Of a DNA stretch of 64,000 nucleotides, positions 9,918-17,902 are shown one piece after another. The stretch's first letter is position 1. Each line of letters begins with the position of its first letter. The notes under the pieces are model-generated. The model was not told the origin of the DNA. It searched no databases and saw only the letters and a list, made by a program, of their open reading frames with translations. Origin of the DNA: Nitrosopumilaceae archaeon (GTDB lineage Archaea > Thermoproteota > Nitrososphaeria > Nitrososphaerales > Nitrosopumilaceae); the NCBI GenBank assembly GCA_965207375.1, contig OZ242274.1:1664001-1728000 (forward strand), in the 5' to 3' direction. The position numbers and the translations under genes were made by a program.

Positions 9918-10277
9918 CTAATTGCCGTAATCACTACACAAGTGTAGTAGATTATAAAACAGATATTGTTGTTGGGTAGAAGAATACCAAACACCCACAA
10001 TACCATACTTGCTTAATACTATATCGGTTTCTATATCGCGTTCTTCTTGAGTTTCACCTGTAACAATTATATCAAATTCTTGATCAAATGCAGCTCTTTC
10101 CTCTAGTGAAAGGTGATGATATCTTTTACCGAATTCTGCAATTAATTTTGCATGTTCTTTTGTAACATCACAGTCATCGTCTGGTTTAAAATTTTCATCA
10201 TACAGTAATGATAAGGAAAGTATGATTACGATTGCCAAACCGATGTTGATTATCATACTTGCAAATAATTTTTTCAA
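9918..10277 (-). CDS. Small membrane-anchored two-Cys protein, paralogue 2 (divergent)
   Basis: Same motifs as 8814..9194, with a different central and C-terminal segment. Confidence 0.75.
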   Translation of the reverse strand: MKKLFASMIINIGLAIVIILSLSLLYDENFKPDDDCDVTKEHAKLIAEFGKRYHHLSLEERAAFDQEFDIIVTGETQEERDIETDIVLSKYGIVGVWYSSTQQQYLFYNLLHLCSDYGN

Positions 10278-10534
10278 TACATGTAGTTATGTTAGCCTAA
10301 TTTAAAACATGTCAAACTCTTATGAGAGTTTATCTCTAGAAAAAATATTTAATGTAAAAATGAGCAATATGTAGTATTTTAAAAGAAGCATGCCGTAAGT
10401 TAATATCAAATTTAATATAATGCAAGTGTAAATGGAATATAATCACATTGAAAAACATAACAAGCAAAACAAAAACAATACTATTTGCAGCCCTAATCAC
10501 TGCAATGATTCTACCATTTTCATCAATGAATGTG
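10269..10534 (-). repeat. 266-bp inverted repeat, copy 2
   Basis: Reverse complement of 8557..8822. Confidence 0.9.
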
Positions 10535-10600
10535 CCTAGAATGGCATATGTAGGAATCATAGACCTAGTCTCTTACCAATCAGGCACGGCAACACCTTAA
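10448..10600 (+). pseudogene. Truncated copy of the 7288..8643 gene (signal peptide only, 50 codons)
   Basis: First 29 codons are identical to the large secreted protein, followed by unrelated sequence and TAA. Confidence 0.75.
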
Positions 10601-11144
10601 TGGTAGGATCCATCATTTCGATCTTTATTGTGAATACTACGCCTAGATTTACTCTATTCTTTTGTGACCCTTCAAATTCATGCCTAAAATCACCATAACC
10701 CCAAAACAATGTTTACCAATTACAAAAAAAAGATGAAAACAGATATTGTGGAAAAAGTTGTATTCGTCAATAAGGGACACGTGATATGTTCTAGAGATCG
10801 ACTAATTGAGGTGCACTCGTCATTTTTGCATGATTATTCTTAGAGTTATTAATATGACATAATATTTAGACATGAATTTTTTATTTTGTAAAATAGATTT
10901 TATTAAATAACATAATTATTACATGTTTGTTCCTGTCATATTTTATTTTTTAATTATTCTATTATCATTTGAGCCTAAATCCACTCATGCATGAACAAGT
11001 ACATTCATCAGAAATACAAATAGTTAGTATTTTTTTAAAATTTTTATTGTGTTTGTAAAAAAATATAATCTCTTTACAATGTGTATTTTTTATTTATGAT
11101 GCAAGTTTGACATGTTTTAAATTAGGTCAACATAACGACAAGTA

Positions 11145-11525
11145 TTGAAAAAACTATTACTTACAAGCATTATAATCAACATTGGTTTGGTAATTGGAGT
11201 CATATTTTCCTTGTCCTTACTATACGATGAAGTTTTCAAACTAGAAGGTGACTGTGATGTTACAAAGGAACATGCAAAATTAATTGCAGAATATGGCAAA
11301 AGATATCATGACCTTCCACTAGAAGAAAGAACTGCATTGGATAATGAATTTAATATGATCCAGGCCAATTTTGATATAAAGAACGGCAATGGCACGCAGG
11401 AAGAGTTTGATGCAGAATATTACAAATTATTAGACAGGTATGGTATTGTGGCATTTTGGTATTCCGAAGATGAGCTACAAGAACTATTTTATCGCCTAGT
11501 ACACTTGTGTAGTGATTATAGTTAA
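11145..11525 (+). CDS. Small membrane-anchored two-Cys protein, paralogue 3
   Basis: Near-identical to 8814..9194 except for a C-terminal window. Confidence 0.75.
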   Translation: MKKLLLTSIIINIGLVIGVIFSLSLLYDEVFKLEGDCDVTKEHAKLIAEYGKRYHDLPLEERTALDNEFNMIQANFDIKNGNGTQEEFDAEYYKLLDRYGIVAFWYSEDELQELFYRLVHLCSDYS

Positions 11526-11574
11526 TGCATCAATAACATCATGTCTAAATTTTTATTCTATCTGATGAAAGTGA

Positions 11575-11870
11575 TTTTGTATATGAAATTTGAGCTGCGT
11601 TACAAGATTACGTGAAACTCTTACGTTAATGCCAACACTGTCTAAACTATTGAAAGATGCTTAAGATTCACTGCTATATGTCCAATTTTAGGTACGGTTC
11701 ATACAAACGCGTAGCACAGGACCTAAAGATCCATTGTGAAAGACATGAGAGGAGATTCGTAATTAGAAAATCACGCCTAACAAGAGCAAAAATCCGTGCC
11801 CAGATCTAATTACGAATCCTGTCTATGATAGATTTTTGTATATGAAATTTGAGCTGCGTTACAAGATTAC
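11575..11870 (+). repeat. 37-bp direct repeat pair (11575..11611, 11834..11870) enclosing a 14-bp inverted-repeat element
   Basis: ttttgtatatgaaatttgagctgcgttacaagattac occurs twice; gattcgtaattaga...tctaattacgaatc lies at ~11754..11818. Confidence 0.8.
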
Positions 11871-12020
11871 ATGTAATTGCTTATACTTGCAACAAGAATC
11901 CATAATTTCTCATTACTTTTTCATATCTGATGTATTCGTCAATCTACTAGATGATGTCAGAAATATTGGAATTTTTATCCATCTAAAACTCATAAATTCA
12001 AACATTAACCCATAAACAAT

Positions 12021-12698
12021 ATGAAAACCCTGATAATACCTGATATTCACACAAAATTTCAGATTGCAGAATCAATCATAAAAAGTGAATCACCAGACAG
12101 TATTGTATTTTTAGGGGACTATTTTGATGCATTTAATGAGACTGAACAAGACACTCACAATACTGCAAGATGGCTTGCAACATCACTGCAACAGCAAAAC
12201 AGAATACATTTGATTGGAAATCACGACCTGCCATACATGGCTGACAATCCAGTGTTTTTGTGTTCGGGATTCTCCGAATCTAAAAAATACATTATCAACT
12301 TGTATGATATACCGTGGAATAAAATGCACACATACTGCTATGTTGGAGACCATCTGTGTACCCATGCAGGAGTAAGCAAACAGTTCTTTGAAGAGCACAG
12401 TACAGATACTCTTAACGAGTTTATGAAACAATCAACAGAGGATCTCAAACATATTGATGATGTAAATTATTTACAAAAGTTTTTCCGTGCAGGAGTTTTG
12501 CGCGGTGGTGTGCACAAAAATGGAGGCATAGTATGGTGTGATTATAACGAATTTACGGACATTCCACATATTAAACAGATATTTGGCCACACAAGAGCCA
12601 CAAATGTAAGACAAAACAAAAATCACATCTGTCTTGATACTGAACTACACAACTATATCATACATCAAGACAGTACCTTAATTGTAAAAGAGATATAA
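12021..12698 (+). CDS. Calcineurin-like metallophosphoesterase
   Basis: DIH, GDYFD, GNHD, THAG and GHT motifs. Confidence 0.9.
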   Translation: MKTLIIPDIHTKFQIAESIIKSESPDSIVFLGDYFDAFNETEQDTHNTARWLATSLQQQNRIHLIGNHDLPYMADNPVFLCSGFSESKKYIINLYDIPWNKMHTYCYVGDHLCTHAGVSKQFFEEHSTDTLNEFMKQSTEDLKHIDDVNYLQKFFRAGVLRGGVHKNGGIVWCDYNEFTDIPHIKQIFGHTRATNVRQNKNHICLDTELHNYIIHQDSTLIVKEI

Positions 12699-13160
12699 AT
12701 TTACAAATTCAATAATTTATGCATGTGGTACAATTGAGGAATGTCAAACATATCAAGTTTAAGATTAGAAAAAATGGCAGTTAACTCGTACCAAATCACA
12801 TTATCGTACTTGTAAAAAACAATCAGGACACAATACATCAAAACAGAGCATCACAAAATCTACTAATATTTACAACACATACAGACACAATTGATATAGA
12901 AAATACACTAAAATCATTTTGCCAAGAATTGAAACAAACCCAATGAAATAATCATGTTAAATATGCAGCAGGTTCTTTAGGCTTTATTGCAGATATCAAC
13001 GGTTGGGTTTTTGATCAAATCATTTGAATTCATGTACTCTAGATAAATTGTTATACGTCAGATGCCACATCTAAAATCTTTGACAGATAATTTGTGTAAA
13101 AATGAACAGTGTAATACTAGTGATTAATCTGATTTGAACAATTTAAAAGAAGATAAAAAG

Positions 13161-13208
13161 TACGGTGCCCGAGCGTATTGGTGATTTATTCTTCTGAAGG
13201 GTACCGTA
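13161..13208 (-). ncRNA. Putative small hairpin RNA antisense to the adjacent tRNA
   Basis: 10-bp terminal stem; loop carries 10-nt and 13-nt exact matches to tRNA 13270..13279 and 13283..13295; minus-strand TTTTTAA ~24 nt upstream and a U-rich tract downstream. Strand is inferred. Confidence 0.55.
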
Positions 13209-13237
13209 TTTATAATGAGTAACAAGCCTGTTAAAAA
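13209..13237. promoter_or_regulatory. Putative overlapping divergent TATA boxes
   Basis: TTTATAAT (+, 13209..13216) upstream of the tRNA; TTTTTAA (-, 13237..13231) upstream of the hairpin. Confidence 0.5.
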
Positions 13238-13241
13238 CATT

Positions 13242-13325
13242 GCCGAGATCGCCTAGTCTGGTAAGGCGCTCTTCTGAAGAAAGAGCGTATTGGTGTACGC
13301 GTGGGTTCGAATCCCACTCTCGGCG
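13242..13325 (+). tRNA. Class II tRNA with Ser-type body and GAA (Phe) anticodon
   Basis: Complete cloverleaf: GCCGAGA/TCTCGGC, D stem GCCT/AGGC, anticodon stem CTCTT/AAGAG with loop CT-GAA-GA, long variable arm, T arm GTGGG-TTCGAAT-CCCAC, G73. Confidence 0.88.
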
Positions 13326-13447
13326 CTTGTTTGATTATCTGATAATTTCGTTTAACCAAAGATGTCAATTCTTTGACATGTGCAACTGTTAATGCGTGTG
13401 TGATAAAATGCCATGATGATTATTTTGTTTAAAGGTGTTTGAAAAAT

Positions 13448-13512
13448 GATTCTTCAGCGTTATCTGTTGGTCAAAGTCAATATGCAAATTTTCTCCGGAT
13501 TGCCCGTGCCTA
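13448..13512 (+). repeat. Dispersed ~65-bp repeat, probably a transposase 3' remnant
   Basis: Near-identical to 62945..63009; shares gattcttcagcgttatct with the IS-end remnant at ~18801..18840 (minus strand). Confidence 0.6.
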
Positions 13513-13926
13513 AAATTTCTTCAATTGTCACATAGTTTGTTCTTGTGCAGGTAAAAGAGATCAAAAATTTAACCATTTTTTCAAAATTTGTTAACCTACA
13601 TGATCCAAATGTATCACGACATGTAGTCCCATCGAAGTATCACAATGATGGGACTAACATATCAAAAATCATATACAAGATCAAAATTTAAACTACACAA
13701 AAAATTTAAAGATATATGGAATAAGACATCGGTACTGCTTACGCGCAGTACTGACAAAATGGCAAGAGTTACTAGATGGATGAGTACACGTGTATCTTGG
13801 AGCAAGGGTGCACAAGGGCGTGGAAACCGTGCCTTGAAAATACTGAATACATAAAATTGGTGCGGACCCCGCTAGAAGGAGACCGATCATCAATGTACAC
13901 TTTAGCAATAGGAGGCAACACAGGAC

Positions 13927-14223
13927 ATGAAAGACAAAAAATCAAAATGGAGCATAGATGAGAAGGTACGTATCGTACTGCAGACCTTTAACTCAGAGAC
14001 CAGTATGGCAGAATTATGCAGACAGCACAACCTGCAACCCAGAACAGTCTATACCTGGAAGGAAAAATTCCTCGAAGCAGGCAAAAGCTCGTTTAGTGGC
14101 TCCAATGTGTCCTCCCTTGCCAAACGTCACAAAAAAGAGATCTCTTCTCTTAAGAGGATAATAGGAGAGTATGCAGTGGCAAATGACGCTTTAAAAAAAA
14201 CGTTGGAGGGAAACAAAGAATGA
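13927..14223 (+). CDS. IS3-family OrfA (HTH)
   Basis: WSIDEKVRIVL...AELCRQHNLQPRTVYTWKEKF; A8 slippery run at ~14193 before OrfB. Confidence 0.85.
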   Translation: MKDKKSKWSIDEKVRIVLQTFNSETSMAELCRQHNLQPRTVYTWKEKFLEAGKSSFSGSNVSSLAKRHKKEISSLKRIIGEYAVANDALKKTLEGNKE

Positions 14224-14432
14224 GTGCAGTGTCTATCATGCACGATATCATAGGACTCAACAAATCCTTGCGGCTTTGCGGAGTATCAAAAAAGGCATGG
14301 TACTATACTGCAAGTCCAAGAGACATACCACCTGATCCGCAGGTACAAGATGCAATACTAAACATCAGCTCATCTAGGTCAACCTATGGAACACGACGTA
14401 TGGCAGCACAGGTCTCTAGGGTTCTAGGCAGG
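14220..14432 (+). pseudogene. IS3-family OrfB, truncated
   Basis: GVSKKAWYY...TYGTRRMAAQV, then runs into an IS5 terminal sequence via the microhomology tctaggcagg. The DDE domain is missing. Confidence 0.75.
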
Positions 14433-14471
14433 GTTATAACACAAACTAATATATCGTAGTTAGTGTTATAA

Positions 14472-15747
14472 CAGTACTTCCGATTATAGATCACAGGTCA
14501 CTATTTAGACAATATTTTTTGACATACAGATCCAAATAACGGAATAATCCTACCCATCTTAACCTTGAGAGAAAAAGATGGGCAAGATATCCCAATAAAA
14601 TCAGGAACACGAGGGTTTAAAGTATTTCAATCTGCACTAGGCAGGCTGCCCATTTCGTTTGGAACAGGAAACAACACGAGGTATGGACTCTCAAACGCAG
14701 TCAACATGCTACAGGTCATGTCAGTATACGGCGTGGCTGCCAACAGTGCACACCAATACGCTCCTTCAGGAATAGATATTCCAGGCGGAGACTGGCTTGT
14801 ACAAAAGATAACCACAATCGATCATGACGACATGATAAAACATGGAGAAAAGATGATACACGATACTGTTGATGTACGCCAAATGAAGCTGGACCGCAGA
14901 AACGGCAACAACCAGACGCGCGTTGCAGCAATAGACAAACACAAGATCCCACACTATGACAAAGACCCTGACATGACAGATATGGTATACTCAAAGCATC
15001 ATGCAGGAACATACGTCTTTGAAGCATACATGACTGCCAAGATGGTCTCAGGTGCAAAAGAATTTCATCTTGCAATGGTTCCAGTAACTCGGAACAAGTT
15101 TAACCCTGAATTCGTGCGTAAAACCATACAAAAATGCGATGATTTAGGTGCTGATGTGAACATATACTTGTTGGACCGTGAGTTTTATGCATCTGATGTT
15201 ATGGATACAATACAGAATCTCAAAAAACATTTCATAATGCCTGCAGTAAAGAATGCGGGAATCAAAAAGGCAATATTTCAATATGCCCAAGGAAAGCGCG
15301 ATGCAATATCACAGTATACCTTTGATAATGGATTTGAATTTAATTTGATCATAGTACCAAATCCCAAAAAACCTGATGCAAAAAATATCTTTGAGAGATA
15401 TCATGTGTTTGCAACATCATTGCCGTGTACAGATTCTGATGACATGTTGAAATACATTCCTAAAGCATACAAAACGAGGTGGGGGATTGAGACTGGATAT
15501 AAACAGGCAAAATCTATACGTCCATACACCACAAGCAAGAATTCCTCAATGCGGATGTTGATGTTTGTTGTATCTGTAATCCTATCTAACATATGGATAG
15601 ATTCGCGGATAGAGGTTGCCCATCAGACATACAATATTACACTTGTAGCCTTTGTAATGCAGATGGCTCATGCATATTTTGAGTGTCACTCAACTTGGCC
15701 GCCCCCCAATAAATCGGCATAGTCTGGATTTAAAATCGGAAGTACTG
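14472..15747 (+). mobile_element. ISH3-like (IS4 superfamily) element
   Basis: 14-bp TIR CAGTACTTCCGATT; 5-bp TSD TATAA (14467..14471 and 15748..15752). Confidence 0.85.
14565..15722 (+). CDS. ISH3-like DDE transposase
   Basis: AAIDKH, LLDREFY and YKTRWGIETGYK (YREK) motifs. Confidence 0.9.
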   Translation: MREKDGQDIPIKSGTRGFKVFQSALGRLPISFGTGNNTRYGLSNAVNMLQVMSVYGVAANSAHQYAPSGIDIPGGDWLVQKITTIDHDDMIKHGEKMIHDTVDVRQMKLDRRNGNNQTRVAAIDKHKIPHYDKDPDMTDMVYSKHHAGTYVFEAYMTAKMVSGAKEFHLAMVPVTRNKFNPEFVRKTIQKCDDLGADVNIYLLDREFYASDVMDTIQNLKKHFIMPAVKNAGIKKAIFQYAQGKRDAISQYTFDNGFEFNLIIVPNPKKPDAKNIFERYHVFATSLPCTDSDDMLKYIPKAYKTRWGIETGYKQAKSIRPYTTSKNSSMRMLMFVVSVILSNIWIDSRIEVAHQTYNITLVAFVMQMAHAYFECHSTWPPPNKSA

Positions 15748-15806
15748 TATAACCCCTCTCTATTTCCACATGAGGGACATAGTACACCAATGTTCAAGTC
15801 GTATGT

Positions 15807-16916
15807 TTATGCTATTGCCCTCCTTTGTACCTGTAACATCTTGTTGTAGATGTGTACCTTGAGATTAATCTCTTGTATGATGTTTTCCCACGTTACAGCA
15901 GATACCGAATCACCAAACAGTCGCTTAATTGATGATATTACTATCTCAACTATCCATCTTTTGCCATATTGCACCCTTTTTTTCCAGACCTTCCTGTTTG
16001 CCTCGCGTTCTTCTTTTGTCAGATGTGCAAATTTTTTAGGATCTGATACACCACCACCTAGTTGATCAATGGCTGCAAGAGTACGATCCCTACTGACACC
16101 ATCTGAACGCGTATTTGCATTGTGTTTTATTCTGATGCATGGTTTGATTTTTAGCTTTTTACATAATGCAAATATTTTACGCGAGTCAAATCCACCGTCT
16201 GCCCGCACGACTATTTTTAATTCATCCAATAATTCATTATTCAGAGATTGATATTCTTGCATGTCGTCTTCATCTTTCTGTGAATCTGCAATTGGATGTT
16301 CTGGGTCATCTGCTTTTTGACATGCTGATTGATCCTCATTTGATTTCTCTGCTTGGTTAATTCTGTCTGCAACATCTATACCGCAGTTTTCTAGTGCAGT
16401 ACACGTAAGTTCCTCAAACTGTGGGGCCTCACCTATCCTTTCATCTGTTACGCTAAAGGAGAGTATCTCACGCGTGTCAGTATCTACAACAATGACAAAC
16501 CTGATGAATCCGTGCTGTACTTTGTGCCTGTACCTGATGTATTCGCTTCTCTTACTGGGACTGAGACCAGTACCATCAGGTGCAAGATGAAGTGCACTCT
16601 TTTTGCCTTGTGCCGTAATGAGGTCATCTTTGATTGACACCTTGACGGTTTTCATTCTTTTTTGGATCTGACTAAAGCTTGGAACATACTCTGTACCTAG
16701 TGCCTCTGTTGCAAAGCCTTCTAGTATGCGATAGGATAATCCACAAAATGCCCTCATTGTTGCAAGAGCTAGTATTGTAGATTCTGCGTATCTGTAAGGG
16801 TGACCGTTTTTCTTTTTGTTGGCTCTTTTGAGTTCATCGTCATGATCTGGATTTTTTTTGGGATATATCATGCGTCCAACTGCTAGATATCTTGCATCGT
16901 TTTGTGCATTGGTCAT
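15807..16916 (-). CDS. IS5-family DDE transposase
   Basis: LSYRILEGF, PDGTGL, ADGGFDS and YGKRWIVEIVISSIKRLFG motifs; contains an acidic insertion. Confidence 0.88.
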   Translation of the reverse strand: MTNAQNDARYLAVGRMIYPKKNPDHDDELKRANKKKNGHPYRYAESTILALATMRAFCGLSYRILEGFATEALGTEYVPSFSQIQKRMKTVKVSIKDDLITAQGKKSALHLAPDGTGLSPSKRSEYIRYRHKVQHGFIRFVIVVDTDTREILSFSVTDERIGEAPQFEELTCTALENCGIDVADRINQAEKSNEDQSACQKADDPEHPIADSQKDEDDMQEYQSLNNELLDELKIVVRADGGFDSRKIFALCKKLKIKPCIRIKHNANTRSDGVSRDRTLAAIDQLGGGVSDPKKFAHLTKEEREANRKVWKKRVQYGKRWIVEIVISSIKRLFGDSVSAVTWENIIQEINLKVHIYNKMLQVQRRAIA

Positions 16917-17244
16917 CTTTAGACGTGATTTTTGCTTTGGTTTACTCTAAACTTTTTGCTCTGTCAATATTGTGACCTCCTGTAAATCATGTACCAGGCG
17001 TTGCCGAAGATTTTATACCTCCTTGGTTTGTATTGTATCAGGATTGTTTGCTCATCTCTTATGTGCAATCTGAGATGAGTAGGCAATCCTACTATTTGGA
17101 TCTGAAAGGTCAAACTTTGTCTATTATATCATCAAATTGATTTCTCCCAGACCGAATCTGGCCTGAAAATTGCAAATTTTGAAAAATTCTAGGCAGGGTT
17201 ATAACACAAACTAATATATCGGTTATCCTTAAATGCTTAGTAAG

Positions 17245-17262
17245 TTACCGATATATCGGTAA
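17245..17262. promoter_or_regulatory. Perfect 18-bp palindrome TTACCGATATATCGGTAA, putative operator
   Basis: Lies upstream of TATA-like TATTTAAG and the HTH gene; related partial sites at 17214 and 17283. Confidence 0.65.
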
Positions 17263-17293
17263 TACATACACTATTTAAGACATACCGATACAT

Positions 17294-17902
17294 ATGATGA
17301 AGATGCCTGAAAAAAGAGGGCTAGTAAGAGAAAGAATAATTCGAGTATTGCTCAACACTCCCGGCGGCAACCTTACAAAATACCGAGTAGCAAAATTAGC
17401 AAAAGCTGCATACTCTTGGGTTCATGACTTTCTCAAAGATCTAGAAAATAAGGGTTTGATAAAAAACACCAGAGTAAACTATAGAGAACTTGTTTCACTT
17501 TGGAGAGCGTTTCGGATAGTTCCAAACAAGAAAGAATACATGGTAAAAAATCCACTTGAAATTCTCAAATCTACAAAGCTAAAGTATGCACTTACCACAT
17601 ACGCAGCAGAAAACCTAGTACAAAAGTATCTTTTCCCATCCCGAATAGACTTTTACATTGATCCAAAAGACAAAGTAAAATGGCACAACATTCTGTCACA
17701 GGAGGGTCTTGTCGGAAAAGGAAATACAAGAATGCTGATTGGAGACACTCATGTTTTTTACAACTTGTCTGAAAAAGAAGGACTCAAGACAGTATCTATT
17801 CCACAGCTGATATTAGATCTACTCTTGGAGGGAGGACCATGTGCCGAGGCAGCAGAGATGTTAATAGAAAAGGAGGAAGAACAAATTGTATACAGAAAAT
17901 GA
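17294..17902 (+). CDS. AbiEi-like HTH antitoxin/regulator
   Basis: N-terminal wHTH; YALTTYAAE; C-terminal PQLILDLL.EGG..AEAAE motif; overlaps the downstream NTase gene. Confidence 0.65.
   Translation: MMKMPEKRGLVRERIIRVLLNTPGGNLTKYRVAKLAKAAYSWVHDFLKDLENKGLIKNTRVNYRELVSLWRAFRIVPNKKEYMVKNPLEILKSTKLKYALTTYAAENLVQKYLFPSRIDFYIDPKDKVKWHNILSQEGLVGKGNTRMLIGDTHVFYNLSEKEGLKTVSIPQLILDLLLEGGPCAEAAEMLIEKEEEQIVYRK

Larger units (their letters stand above)
14457..17213 (-). mobile_element. IS5-family (IS903-like) element with nested ISH3
   Basis: TIR TAGTT(A/T)GTGTTATAACCC, with the left copy split by ISH3; 8-bp TSD ATATATCG at 14449..14456 and 17214..17221. Confidence 0.8.

Noticed and set aside
9100-11490. 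Diversity-generating retroelement explanation for the hypervariable window
   Set aside because: No reverse transcriptase or template repeat in the window, and the differences are not adenine-specific relative to either copy.
13161-13208. C/D box sRNA or split-tRNA half
   Set aside because: Only one CTGA and no proper RTGATGA box; no bulge-helix-bulge motif or complete tRNA half is visible.
13242-13325. tRNA-Sec, tRNA-Ser(TGA) or tRNA-Leu reading of the unusual tRNA
   Set aside because: It has a 7/5 fold and no TCA anticodon. A TGA register would break the anticodon stem and put C at position 33. G73 argues against Leu.
13645-13857. Short ORFs resembling an IS1595-like transposase remnant (DE...SKGAQGRG)
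   Set aside because: Too degenerate to support as a feature without an alignment.
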